From the NCBI GenBank assembly GCA_017962315.1, contig JAGCVN010000118.1:492-64491 (forward strand): DNA of 64,000 nucleotides. Direction: 5' to 3'. The notes below the pieces were generated by a model. It did no database searches and was not told the origin of the DNA. It saw only the letters and a program-made list of their open reading frames with translations. Below are positions 26,405 to 36,105 of the stretch, one piece after another. The DNA comes from Kiritimatiellia bacterium. Its GTDB lineage: Bacteria > Verrucomicrobiota > Kiritimatiellia > RFP12 > UBA1067. Position 1 is the first letter of the stretch; the number at the start of each line of letters is the position of its first letter. A program made the translations under genes and the position numbers.

Positions 26405-27811
26405 ATGATATTCAGTCGCCGTAAGTTCGTTGAAACGTTGTCCGCCGGGACGGTCGCATCAAGTGTCGCATGGAGCAAGACCGGCATGGCCGCGATCCTC
26501 GCCGCGCAGAGCGCGCCGGTCGTCAACAACCGCGTCAGGGGCGCGAACGACCGCGTCAACGTCGCGTGCGTGGGCTATTCCGATCGTTTCAAGGATGCAT
26601 TGTTCAAGTGCTTTCTGCGCAACCGCGAGCATCTCAACTTCGACATGGTGGCGGTCGCCGACCTCTGGAAGAAACGCCTTGAGGAGAAGGCGGTGCCCGG
26701 CATCGAGCAGGCCATCGGGCACAAGGTCGCGGCCTACCGCAGCGACATCGAACTCTACGAGAAGGCGAAGGACGTCGATGCCGTGATCATCTCCACGGCC
26801 GACTTCCAGCACGCCCAGCACGCCACCCACGCCGTCAACGCAGGCAAGGACGCCTACTGCGAGAAGCCCATGGCCGAGGACATGTACTCCGCCAACATGC
26901 TGCTTGACGCGGTGACCGCCAAGCGCGACGCCGGTTTCGCGCCCGGCGCCGTCCTGCAGATCGGATCCCAGCGCCGCAGCGGCCCGGCCTACCATGCCGC
27001 CAAGGCGTTCTTCGACAGCGGCAGGTTCGGCAAGCTCACCTACGTCGATCTCTGCTGGAACGTGAACCAGAACCGCCGCTGGCGCCGCAGCGAGGAGCTT
27101 GTGGCCTCGCTCAAGAAAGAGGACATCGACTGGAACCTCTGGCTGCTCGACCGCGACCCCGCGAAGTACAGCTTCGATCCGCGTAAGTACCTCGAATTCC
27201 GCCTCTTCTGGCCGTTCTCGTCGGGCATCCCCGGCCAGTGGATGTGCCACCAGATCGATACCGTCGCATGGTTCACCGGCCTCCAGTTCCCGCTCTCCGC
27301 CATGGCGTCCGGCGGCACCTACGCCTGGAACGACGGACGCATGAGCTACGACACCTTCACGACGATTCTGGAGTACGGTCCCTCCAAGCTCAACGACAAG
27401 GGCTTCCAGGCGGTGTTCTCGTCGCGCCAGACGAACGGCGCGCGCGGCAACGTCGAGAAGTATTACGGGCCGAACGGCACGATCGACCTCATCCGGGGAC
27501 GCTTCACCAGCGAAGGCGGTACAAAGAAGCGCCCCGACGAGAAGCTCACCGAGACGGTCGCCGCATCGGCCACGGCGGCCAACACCGGAGGCGATTCGAC
27601 GGAATCCGCCCATATGCGGAACTGGATGGAATGCGTCCGCGCCCGCAAGAACCCGAATGCCCCCGTCGAGGCCGGCTACAGCCACTCGATCGCGCTCATC
27701 ATGTCCAACGCCGCGAGCCGTACCGGCATGAGGGCGACGTTCGACCCCGTGCAGCGCCAGGTCATCGTCGCCGGGAAGGTGTTCAAGGGATACGACTCGA
27801 CGAAGTGGTAG
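26405..27811 (+). CDS. Gfo/Idh/MocA-family oxidoreductase with a TAT-type signal
   Basis: MIFSRRKFVETLSAGTVAS (twin-Arg) and the Rossmann stretch VNVACVGYSDRF. Start at the internal ATG 26405 with a GGAG RBS. Confidence 0.8.
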   Translation: MIFSRRKFVETLSAGTVASSVAWSKTGMAAILAAQSAPVVNNRVRGANDRVNVACVGYSDRFKDALFKCFLRNREHLNFDMVAVADLWKKRLEEKAVPGIEQAIGHKVAAYRSDIELYEKAKDVDAVIISTADFQHAQHATHAVNAGKDAYCEKPMAEDMYSANMLLDAVTAKRDAGFAPGAVLQIGSQRRSGPAYHAAKAFFDSGRFGKLTYVDLCWNVNQNRRWRRSEELVASLKKEDIDWNLWLLDRDPAKYSFDPRKYLEFRLFWPFSSGIPGQWMCHQIDTVAWFTGLQFPLSAMASGGTYAWNDGRMSYDTFTTILEYGPSKLNDKGFQAVFSSRQTNGARGNVEKYYGPNGTIDLIRGRFTSEGGTKKRPDEKLTETVAASATAANTGGDSTESAHMRNWMECVRARKNPNAPVEAGYSHSIALIMSNAASRTGMRATFDPVQRQVIVAGKVFKGYDSTKW

Positions 27812-27818
27812 GACGGAG

Positions 27819-28703
27819 GTGGACACCATGATCACACGCCGTTCATTTGTCGGCGGGGTGGCGGCGGCGGGTACCGCCGCCGCCCTGGGCGGAACCTGCT
27901 GTGGCAAAGCCGCCTCCCCGGTTTTCGGCCTCTGCGCCGGACCCGAAACCGCCGCCAAGTACAAGGGTCTCGGTTTCCAGTTCATCGAATCCAACGCGCA
28001 GTCGATTCTCCAGGCGGAGAAGAGCGACGCTGAGTGGCAGCCGATGTTCGAGAAGCTGAAGGCCTGCCCGCTGCCGATCCGTTCCTGCACCATCTTCCTC
28101 CCCGGTAAGTTCCGGATCACCGGACCCGAGCCGAAGACGGAAGAGGCGCTGAAACACGCCGTCACCGAGTGCCGCCGCGCCGACCTCGTCGGGATTCCCG
28201 TCCTGGTCTTCGGGAGTAGCGGCGCGCGCAATGCGCCGAAGGGGTTCCCCGTCGAAAAGGCGAAGGAGCAGTTCGTCGCGTTCTGCCAGAAACTCGGCGA
28301 CGCCATCCGCGAGTGCAAAGTCACCGTCATCCTCGAACCGCTCCAGAAAAAAGAGGCGAACTACCTCAACCTGGTCGAAGAGGGGATCGACATGGTGGAC
28401 GCGATCAATCGTCCGCGCATCCAGCTGCACGCCGACCTGTTCCATATGTCGATGGGCGGGGAGAAGCCGGACATCATCCGCAAGGGCGGCGCCCGCATCC
28501 GCCACTGCCACGTCGCATCGTTCAAGCACCGCCAGTACCCCGGATTCGATAAGGAAGACTACCGCCCTTGGTTCGCGGCGTTCCGCGACATCGGGTATCA
28601 GGGCGTTTACTCCTGCGAATGCGGCTGGGGCAAGAAGGAAGAGCGCGAGGAGAACTACGCGAAGGGACTTGCCTATCTGACCGAACAGGCGAAAGGCTTC
28701 TGA
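27819..28703 (+). CDS. Xylose-isomerase-like TIM-barrel protein (sugar phosphate isomerase/epimerase) with a TAT-type signal
   Basis: ITRRSFVGGVAAAGTAAALG signal. ILEPL and LHADLFHM metal-binding-type motifs. Confidence 0.75.
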   Translation: MDTMITRRSFVGGVAAAGTAAALGGTCCGKAASPVFGLCAGPETAAKYKGLGFQFIESNAQSILQAEKSDAEWQPMFEKLKACPLPIRSCTIFLPGKFRITGPEPKTEEALKHAVTECRRADLVGIPVLVFGSSGARNAPKGFPVEKAKEQFVAFCQKLGDAIRECKVTVILEPLQKKEANYLNLVEEGIDMVDAINRPRIQLHADLFHMSMGGEKPDIIRKGGARIRHCHVASFKHRQYPGFDKEDYRPWFAAFRDIGYQGVYSCECGWGKKEEREENYAKGLAYLTEQAKGF

Positions 28704-28726
28704 GAAAGAAAAGGATCCTCGGTATC

Positions 28727-30193
28727 ATGGACATCTCCGCATTTCCTCTCGCCGAGGACTACGAACGCCTCCTCGCCCCCGGAACGGGGGGTGCGGGGGC
28801 GTTCCCTTCTTCTTCGTTCACATCCGCCTGTGAACCGCACGCGGCATACGGGTTCCCATGGACGGAACGCCACCTCCAGTGCGTCTGGTTTGACGAACGT
28901 TACCGTCCACGTCAGTTCCCGCTGCCCGGTGGCGAAACCGTCGAGGTACTGGCGCCGGGCGAATGGAACCTGGAGGCCGGTCCCGACTTCCTCAACGCGA
29001 CGTTGCGGATCAACCCCGGCGGGCGTCGCCTCCGGGGCGACATCGAAGTACACGTGCGCCCCTCCGACTGGGACGCTCACGGGCACGCCTCCGATCCCGC
29101 CTACGCACAGGTCGTCGCGCACGTAACCTGGTTCGCCACGCCCCATCCGCGTACCCTTGCGGCGAACGTCCTCGCCCTCCCGCTCGGCGGACAGCTCGCC
29201 TCGCGGCCGGACTTCTCGCTCGACGACATCGACCTGAAGGCGTACCCGCACGCGATCCTCCCGGAGACGCCGCCCCCGTGCGAGGTTTTCCTCAAGGACA
29301 ACCCGAAACGTGCGTTGAGCCTGCTTGCCGCCGCCGGACAGTACCGCATCCGCCTCAAGGCCGCGCGACTCGCCCAGCGCCTCCGCGCCACGGGCGACCG
29401 GGAACAGGTTTTCTACGAAGAGACGATGACCGCCCTCGGTTACAAATACAACCAGGCTCCCTTCCGCGCCCTGGCGAAGCAGCTTCCCTTCCAGAACATC
29501 CGCGCCTTGAAACCGGAAGAAGCACTCGCCCGGTTACTCGGCTGCGCACGGCTTCTGCCGCAGCCGGACGCCGCCCCCGACGAAGAGGGGCGGCGCTTCC
29601 TCCGCGACCTCTGGGACATCTGGTGGAAAAACAGTTGCGAAACGCTTCCGCCCGAACTCGAATGGCGCACAAGCAACCTCCGCCCGCAGAACTTCCCCGC
29701 CCGCCGCCTCGCCGCCGCCGCGCGCCTCTTCACCGGGACGCCGTCGTTGCTGGCCGCGCTGGACGCGCACGACGGGGAACCGGGACAACGCTGGCATTCG
29801 CTCTGTCTCGACAGTTTCGCGGAACGTTGCCGCTGGCCATTCTTCAACCAGCGCCTCGCCTTCTCTTCTGCGCCGGATCCCCGCCGCGAGAACGCCCTGC
29901 TGGGGACTGGACGCGCAGCCGCGATGGTAACGAACATCCTGCTGCCGTTGACCGTCGCGGAGAACCGGCTCGCACCGCACGCCCTCGACCACATTCCGCC
30001 GGAAGACCTCTCTGCGCCGATGCGCTTGACCGCGCTGCATCTTTTCGGACGCGACCACAACCCTTCGCTCTATGCATCGGACGGACTCTATCTGCAAGGA
30101 CTGCTGCAAATCTACCTCGATTTCTGCCTGAACGCAAAACCGGGTTGCGAAGATTGCGGCCTCCGAAACGCACTCTCAAAAAATGAAACGTGA
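28727..30193 (+). CDS. DUF2851 family protein
   Basis: LQCVWFDERY, VEVLAPGEWNLEAGPDFLNATLRI and GDIEVHVRPSDWDAHGH match the DUF2851 pattern. Start at the internal ATG 28727. Confidence 0.7.
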   Translation: MDISAFPLAEDYERLLAPGTGGAGAFPSSSFTSACEPHAAYGFPWTERHLQCVWFDERYRPRQFPLPGGETVEVLAPGEWNLEAGPDFLNATLRINPGGRRLRGDIEVHVRPSDWDAHGHASDPAYAQVVAHVTWFATPHPRTLAANVLALPLGGQLASRPDFSLDDIDLKAYPHAILPETPPPCEVFLKDNPKRALSLLAAAGQYRIRLKAARLAQRLRATGDREQVFYEETMTALGYKYNQAPFRALAKQLPFQNIRALKPEEALARLLGCARLLPQPDAAPDEEGRRFLRDLWDIWWKNSCETLPPELEWRTSNLRPQNFPARRLAAAARLFTGTPSLLAALDAHDGEPGQRWHSLCLDSFAERCRWPFFNQRLAFSSAPDPRRENALLGTGRAAAMVTNILLPLTVAENRLAPHALDHIPPEDLSAPMRLTALHLFGRDHNPSLYASDGLYLQGLLQIYLDFCLNAKPGCEDCGLRNALSKNET

Positions 30194-31133
30194 TTTCCGT
30201 CTCGAGTCCCTGAAAGAAACCCTTGAAACCGGTTTCGGCATTTCCGTGCGGAGCATCGTCCCGCTCGCAGGGCACGCCCATTCCATCAATTTCAAAGTTA
30301 CGACGGCGGACGGCGCCGTCTTCGCCGCAAAAGGCATCCCCGAAAAGGCGGACGCGATGTCCGCACGCCTCCTCGCGCACACGGTATCCGCCCAGACCCC
30401 GCTTGCCGTGACGCGGTTGTTCGAAGGGAAAGTGCTTCCGTTCGGCGGCTGGAACATCCTCGCGCTGAAATGGATCCCCGGAACGATGCGTTATCCAGAC
30501 CAGCTCGACGACCAAGAGACGAATGCGTTTCTCGCGGGATATTCGTCCTTTCTCGACGGGCTTCGGGACGACGGCGAAATCATGCCGATCCGCGACGGGA
30601 ATGCGGTCAGGCAAACCGTTTTAAACTGCCTTCGCGGCGGAAATTCAAAAGGACTCCTCCGCATGGTGGAAGAAATCCCGGACGACGAACTGACCCTCCC
30701 CCCTTCCGTCGTGCGGATCATCCACGGCGACCTCCACTGGGAAAATTTCCGCTTCGAGAATGGGAAGGTGACGGGATTCCTCGACCTCGAGGAACTGCGT
30801 TTCGGAACTCCGGCGGAAGACCTCGTCCGATACCTCGTCTGCCGGGCGGAACACCAACGCTGGTACGACTTCGGGGGACGCCGCCGACTCCTCAAAGTCC
30901 TTGAACGTTTCCTCGCAAAGACATCGTTCACACGCGGGGAATGGCTTTTCGCGCTCAACGGCTACCTGTTGCGAAAGCTTGAGAAGAAAATCAAATCGCG
31001 GCATATCGCCTTCTACACACGCATCAACCTGTATGCCCGCTTAAAATTCTACCGAGCCTTCCGCTCCCTCGTCTGCGCCGCGTTCGCCACCCGGGGGGAT
31101 CGGCTGGATGAAGATCGGCATAGCCCGGCCTAA
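30183..31133 (+). CDS. Aminoglycoside-phosphotransferase-like (APH/ChoK) kinase-fold protein
   Basis: IIHGDLHWENFRF (catalytic loop) and FLDLEELRFGTPAEDL. Confidence 0.75.
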   Translation: MKRDFRLESLKETLETGFGISVRSIVPLAGHAHSINFKVTTADGAVFAAKGIPEKADAMSARLLAHTVSAQTPLAVTRLFEGKVLPFGGWNILALKWIPGTMRYPDQLDDQETNAFLAGYSSFLDGLRDDGEIMPIRDGNAVRQTVLNCLRGGNSKGLLRMVEEIPDDELTLPPSVVRIIHGDLHWENFRFENGKVTGFLDLEELRFGTPAEDLVRYLVCRAEHQRWYDFGGRRRLLKVLERFLAKTSFTRGEWLFALNGYLLRKLEKKIKSRHIAFYTRINLYARLKFYRAFRSLVCAAFATRGDRLDEDRHSPA

Positions 31134-31585
31134 CCGTCAACCGCCATCCCCGGGAGGAAAGCCTCGTCAAGCTTCAATTATTGTGTCGGACGGAATTAAT
31201 AGGTGTATATGAATCTGAAGCTCTTCGAAGTTTTTAGTGGAACGGGAATCATCCTTGTCCACCCATACCAATGAAAAACAAAAAACGGATTTGCTCACGC
31301 CTAACGGCGTTCGCAAGGAGGAGTAAGCCGCGCTAACGGCGAACCAATCCGTGTGCTAGAAGGAAATCGGGATTGTCGATCACTGAACAATGAGGATTGA
31401 AGATCACGAACATTTCCACAGTTTTCTCTGAAGAACCGAATTTGATTGCCCGCGTAAATCCGACAGTCTTTTACCGTATCTCTGCGTTTCAGCAATACCC
31501 TTTCGGCAGGCGTGAAAAATTTTAACGCAGCGCGGACCGACCGCGCCGCGCACGGGAACATTCATGGGGATAAATGGCATTTTAC

Positions 31586-31614
31586 AGGCAAGCCCGCCGC
31601 CCGCGCTTCGCACG
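31586..31614 (+). repeat. Second copy of the 29-nt GC-rich repeat (see 3620..3648); forms a terminator-like hairpin after the dynamin operon
   Basis: aggcaagcccgccgcccgcgcttcgcacg. With the following gggcgggggg it forms a GC hairpin just past the stop at 31636. Confidence 0.6.
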
Positions 31615-31635
31615 GGCGGGGGGTAACCGCTAGGT

Positions 31636-33246
31636 TCACCTGTCCGACAAGTCGGTCGTACACACGATCGACCGACGGAGCACCTCCGCCTGTTCCTGAA
31701 TCTCGTCCAGGGCTCGTAACAACTTTTGTTTCACTCCGTTCTCTTCCTGGCGTTTTCTCTCGATCTCGTCCAACTCTTCTTTGACCTGCATGAATTGTTC
31801 GTAGGGTTCCGTTTCGACGTAGGCATCGTAAGCTTTGGCGACATCCTGCTCCGTCTCGGAAAACGCCCGGCGCAGTCCGGCGAGGGCGGCATCCTTTTGC
31901 TTCTCCTGGTAAAGGTCGAACCCGGTTCCGACGACTTCGGATAAAGGCCCTATCGCCTTTCCCGCGCCCCGCAACCATTTCGTCCATTTGGTTGCTCCGT
32001 ACGGCTTGAACTTGCCCCCGAAGAAATGGACGATTTTGACGAGAGTGTTTTTGTCCAGTTTGGCGAGGGCTGCGCCCGCTTTTTTCAATCCCGTCTGGAT
32101 GCCGGTTTTCCACTTGCCGCTATCAAACGTGCCCATCATCTTCGTCGAGAATTTTCCGGAAAGCGAGACCAAGCGGTTTTCAATGTCGCTGACCTGCAAG
32201 CGGATCGCGTCCAGATCCAGTTCCAACTCTTCCAGTAACGACTCGACATCCGACGTCAGCCGGGCATCCGACTCCGCCGCCTGGATGTGTTCGGGCATTT
32301 TTTCCAGTTCCGCCAGAAACGACTTGTCGCCTTCGGCACACAGGGAAAGCATCCTGTCGCGTTCACCCCGGATTTTCTGAAGGACGCGCTGTTTCGCCCC
32401 GAGAAACGCCTGCCTGTACTGATCCATCGCGTGAGTGACCGCCTTCGACTGGCGCACGACGATCTCATCCCGCGTCTTCTGCGACTCACAAATCTCCCGG
32501 CAGACGGCGACCTGTTTGTCGAGGACGTCCAGCAACGCCGCGCATTTCCCGTAGGCCCCCCTTTCTCGGAGGAAGTTGTTCAGCTTCGCAAGGAACGGTT
32601 TCATACGGCTGGCTTCGACCAGTTCTTCGTCCCCATCTTTCTTTCCCAACAGATAATCCTCGGTATCGATCATGCAGAAACGGAATTTCCCGGCTGCCTC
32701 CATACCGCCGATGGTTTCGAGAACTCCCGCTTCCTTTTGCGGAAGGTTCGACTCCTCCTCGTCGCTGATGCGTCCCATCACCAGCATGGTCTTGTCCGCG
32801 TAGCGGGGAAGGATCGTCTCCTTGAAATTCTTCTCCGTCAAAGGGGTGAACCCCTTCGCGGGAATCATGTAGAGCAGAAGATCCGCACGCGCCATGTAGT
32901 CGAGCGAGATCCGGTCGTGTTCAGGATACCCCGCGCAGATCCCCGGCGTGTCGACAACGACGAACGCCTCGGTGTCGTACGGGGTCGCCTTGTCCGTCAC
33001 GCGACCTTGCCCGACGCAAATATCTTTCCGCCCGGTCAGGAAGCGGATGAGCGTCGATTTCCCGGAGGAATAGGCGCCGCAGACGGCGAGGTGGAGTTTC
33101 TCCTCTTCCCGTTTTTCCGCGAACACGTCTTGAAGTTGACGAAGCGGGACTTCGATCAATTCATTTCCCGTCAACGCGTACAAGCGATCCGCCAACCCCG
33201 ACACACGCTCCATGAAATCCGCAAAGACAAATTCCCGTTGTTTCAT
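31636..33246 (-). CDS. Dynamin-like GTPase (LeoA/BDLP-like)
   Basis: G1 motif AVCGAYSSGKSTLIRFL and G3 motif VVVDTPG, followed by a long helical stalk. ATG 33246 overlaps the upstream stop (ATGA). Confidence 0.8.
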   Translation of the reverse strand: MKQREFVFADFMERVSGLADRLYALTGNELIEVPLRQLQDVFAEKREEEKLHLAVCGAYSSGKSTLIRFLTGRKDICVGQGRVTDKATPYDTEAFVVVDTPGICAGYPEHDRISLDYMARADLLLYMIPAKGFTPLTEKNFKETILPRYADKTMLVMGRISDEEESNLPQKEAGVLETIGGMEAAGKFRFCMIDTEDYLLGKKDGDEELVEASRMKPFLAKLNNFLRERGAYGKCAALLDVLDKQVAVCREICESQKTRDEIVVRQSKAVTHAMDQYRQAFLGAKQRVLQKIRGERDRMLSLCAEGDKSFLAELEKMPEHIQAAESDARLTSDVESLLEELELDLDAIRLQVSDIENRLVSLSGKFSTKMMGTFDSGKWKTGIQTGLKKAGAALAKLDKNTLVKIVHFFGGKFKPYGATKWTKWLRGAGKAIGPLSEVVGTGFDLYQEKQKDAALAGLRRAFSETEQDVAKAYDAYVETEPYEQFMQVKEELDEIERKRQEENGVKQKLLRALDEIQEQAEVLRRSIVCTTDLSDR

Positions 33247-35195
33247 TTCTTTCCTCTCCCGCCCGCCGTCACGGCAAGGCGCGTCTCCATTCTCGAACGG
33301 ACCCCGGCGACAACCTTGTCCGCCTGTCCGCAAACTTTTTCCAATTCTTCCAATCCGTCACAAAACACCCGGAAAGCGGATATCGTCCGCTCCAACGCCG
33401 CGCAGATTTTCGTTTCGCTTGCTTGCAGCGACACGGTAAACTGCGGGACGGCCACAGCGATCGAATTTTCCACACTGGCATCGAGCTTCCGTTTTAATTC
33501 CAGAATCTTCGTTTCTTTCGTTTTGAAAAGACTGGACAGCCAGTCGAGCGCCAGGGCGATCACACCCAACACGATGCCGACCACCGTCCCCGGCCCCGGA
33601 AAACAAAACGCGATCGTACCTCCGATGCCCAAGATACGGCTGGTCAACTTCAAAACTTTCCGTCCGTTGAAAGCATCGTCGTTGATTTTGCCCAACCCGG
33701 CAAAGGATGTATCTGTAAACGCGAGCGCGTCACCGAGGTTTTCCAGATGCCGCCGAAGTTCCGCCTCCACTTCCTTCTGGAATGAAACGGAAGCCTTTTC
33801 GATGGTGCTTCGCATCGTTTGAGTCCAGGACGCGGAGATTGCCTCTTTTTTCAGGCCGGATAGAATCGCATGATGCGCGAAAGCGTCCGTATCAAGCCCC
33901 GCCTGCACGAGATGGTCATGGAGGCAGGGAGCGAGGCGCCGCCGCCAGGCGTCGAATTTCCGCCGGAGGTTTTTCACCATCGTCTTGAACGCATCGGCCT
34001 GTGCTTCTGTCTTTTCACGTACCCGCGAAACCGCGTGCCGCCGTTCGCTGAAAAAAGCCCCCGCCTTCTCGATGAAAAACGCATCGATCGTCCGTTTCCG
34101 CGACGCGACGCCCTGTTTCCCGATAAACGCGGTCAGGCGGTCGCGGAACTCGCCGAACCGGGAAAGGGCGTACAGTTCCGAACGGGTGACGTTGTTCCGT
34201 TCAAAGAAAGCGTCCGCTTCCGCGCTTCCCCGCGCCCGGCTCAAGAAACAGGCGCGGGCGTGGACGACGATGACGTGTTCGCGGACTTCCGCCGGATAGG
34301 TTTTTTTGTCGCCTTCCGGTTCACGCAGAAGGTCGTCGATAAACGCCTGTTGCGCCTCGCGGCTGATCATCCGGTCTTTCCCCCGTTTGCGGAATCTCGC
34401 GTAGTCGGTGATGTCCGCAACAACGTTGAGCAGGATGACGTATGGACGGCCTGACTTCACAATCTGATCGAGCCGTTTCCGTTCCTGTTCCTCCACCGTG
34501 TCGGTCTTGAAGACCACGACGGCGAGGTCGGCAAGGTCGAGGTACTTGTTCGCGAGCCGCTCTTCGTCGCCGATCCCCTGGATGTCGCGTCCGGTGTCCT
34601 TGGAGGAGTTGATGCCGGGCGTGTCGAAAACATGAAGCTTGCGCCACTCGTAACAGTGGACATCTTTCGTGGTGCTTGGCGCCCCGTGTCCGATGGTCGC
34701 GCCGTCGCCTCCGGTCAATGCCTCGCGGATGGTGCTTTTCCCGACCATCGTGCGTCCGAACAGGACGACCTTGAAATCCGCAGTGTCTTCCGCAAGCCTG
34801 TCCAGTTCTTCCTGAAGGGACAGGAAGGTGGTTTTGAATTCCCGTTTCAACGACGTAAACGTGCCGGAGACCATCTTGCGTTGCGCGAAAAACGAATCCC
34901 GTTCCACTTCGGTCAGTCCGGATTGAACGTCCGCGTCCGTTTCCGGGAGGACGATTCCGTCGATCGCTCCGCCTAGTTTCCGGATTTCGAGAATCCGTCC
35001 GGCAATGTAAACCGACTCCTCACGGCCCGCTTCGCTGCACGCGCGCAACGCCTGAATGAACGCATGGTATTCCTGCATGATCCTCGGCAAGGCGCCGCAC
35101 ACAGGAAGCGAGGGGAATACCGGTTCAACACTCTTCCAGTCCCAGGCAGCCACGCGATCCGCCTCTCGGTCAAGTCTCTGAAGGCAACGTTTCAT
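33243..35195 (-). CDS. Dynamin-like GTPase with a C-terminal membrane paddle (LeoBC/BDLP-like)
   Basis: G1 motif VVLFGRTMVGKSTIREAL and G3 motif VFDTPG. Hydrophobic segment GIGGTIAFCFPGPGTVVGIVLGVIALALDWL. Confidence 0.8.
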   Translation of the reverse strand: MKRCLQRLDREADRVAAWDWKSVEPVFPSLPVCGALPRIMQEYHAFIQALRACSEAGREESVYIAGRILEIRKLGGAIDGIVLPETDADVQSGLTEVERDSFFAQRKMVSGTFTSLKREFKTTFLSLQEELDRLAEDTADFKVVLFGRTMVGKSTIREALTGGDGATIGHGAPSTTKDVHCYEWRKLHVFDTPGINSSKDTGRDIQGIGDEERLANKYLDLADLAVVVFKTDTVEEQERKRLDQIVKSGRPYVILLNVVADITDYARFRKRGKDRMISREAQQAFIDDLLREPEGDKKTYPAEVREHVIVVHARACFLSRARGSAEADAFFERNNVTRSELYALSRFGEFRDRLTAFIGKQGVASRKRTIDAFFIEKAGAFFSERRHAVSRVREKTEAQADAFKTMVKNLRRKFDAWRRRLAPCLHDHLVQAGLDTDAFAHHAILSGLKKEAISASWTQTMRSTIEKASVSFQKEVEAELRRHLENLGDALAFTDTSFAGLGKINDDAFNGRKVLKLTSRILGIGGTIAFCFPGPGTVVGIVLGVIALALDWLSSLFKTKETKILELKRKLDASVENSIAVAVPQFTVSLQASETKICAALERTISAFRVFCDGLEELEKVCGQADKVVAGVRSRMETRLAVTAGGRGKK

Positions 35196-35199
35196 GTGC

Positions 35200-35547
35200 C
35201 TATCCGTTCATCGACTGAATCGTTTCGGAAAGACCATTGATTTCGACCGAAACCCCATTGGCAATCTCGGCGCACGCCTCAACCTGCCGCCGGCACAGGG
35301 AAAGCGCCGTTTCGACTTCACGGTTCTGTTTTTCGATTTCGGCGGAGACAGTCCGGCAAATCCCCTTTGCCTTCCGGGCGATTTCCTCCAGCGTCTTCTC
35401 GAGCGCCTTGACCTCTTCACGCAGCCCGTCCGAAGTGCGGGTCAAGGCATCCATCTGCTCACCAAGTTTCCTGCTCCTTGTTTCCGCCGTCTCCAGCCAA
35501 TTATCCTGTTTGACGAGTTTCGTTAGACGAACAAACCACTTGAACAT
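35200..35547 (-). CDS. Small 115-aa coiled-coil protein, first gene of the dynamin-like operon
   Basis: Internal ATG 35547 with a GGAG RBS. Heptad-like, Glu/Lys/Leu-rich sequence. The 5' part of track ORF 35200..35892 looks non-coding. Confidence 0.55.
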   Translation of the reverse strand: MFKWFVRLTKLVKQDNWLETAETRSRKLGEQMDALTRTSDGLREEVKALEKTLEEIARKAKGICRTVSAEIEKQNREVETALSLCRRQVEACAEIANGVSVEINGLSETIQSMNG

Positions 35548-35909
35548 ATCGCTCCTACCTACATTCAAAAACAGGGGGAAGGTAACAGTTTCTCCCAACA
35601 GCGTCAAGAACATCTTCGCAAACCCATCGGTGGCTGATACGGCTCCGCCCTCAGGTTTTTGAGGTTTCGGGTGAGTGTGGGGCTGATTCAGCCAGCAAAG
35701 GGCATTTTCAAAATGTGAGACGGTGTTTTCCCCTGGAAAACAACGGGAGAAAACCTCGCGAGTTTTTTGAACGCAGCCCCCGTTCGCGCCTCGGTGCGAG
35801 TGATTCGATTCGGATAACTTGCTGCTATACTGTGCCTCCGGCAAGCCGTGGGGTGAAGTTATAGACGAGAGGCGCAGAAATAAAACGACCACCCCCGCTG
35901 AGTTTGCCT

Positions 35910-35947
35910 ATAACTTGATTGTTCACAAATGCCATCATTGCCACAAA
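35910..35947. repeat. 38-nt segment exactly identical to the reverse complement of 62170..62207
   Basis: ataacttgattgttcacaaatgccatcattgccacaaa. Weaker similarity continues for about 50 nt further. Confidence 0.85.
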
Positions 35948-36001
35948 GACAAGTATCGGGACTTGCCTGTAAGTTTGATTTGTGACAACCGAAACAACTT
36001 G

Positions 36002-36071
36002 AAAAGACAACATCCTTCTTTCGCCGCGTAACAGCGCGGCGTTTTCATAACCGTGCATGGTTGTGCGCGGA
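36002..36071. repeat. Copy B (inverted, lacking one outer arm) of the multi-hairpin element at 3694..3780
   Basis: aaaagacaacatccttctttcgccgcgtaacagcgcggcgttttcataaccgtgcatggttgtgcgcgga. It keeps both inner hairpins and is followed by a cggac-N10-gtccg-tttt hairpin at 36083-36108. Confidence 0.65.
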
Positions 36072-36105
36072 TTTTATTCATCCGGACTGTCCCCGGCGTC
36101 CGTTT

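Noticed and set aside
26459-28330. 623-aa minus-strand ORF. The same applies to 12277-13686, 45765-47846, 48005-50131, 42939-44003, 55870-57231 and 36697-37950.
   Set aside because: All lie opposite well-supported genes: the oxidoreductase and TIM barrel, uxaC, the P-type ATPase, BatA, lutB, glgP, and DUF362/oppF. All have shadow-ORF composition.
35548-35892. 5' two-thirds of the 230-aa ORF at 35200-35892
   Set aside because: It has no RBS, the composition is odd, and it overlaps repeat DNA. The internal ATG 35547 has a GGAG RBS and begins the coiled-coil part.
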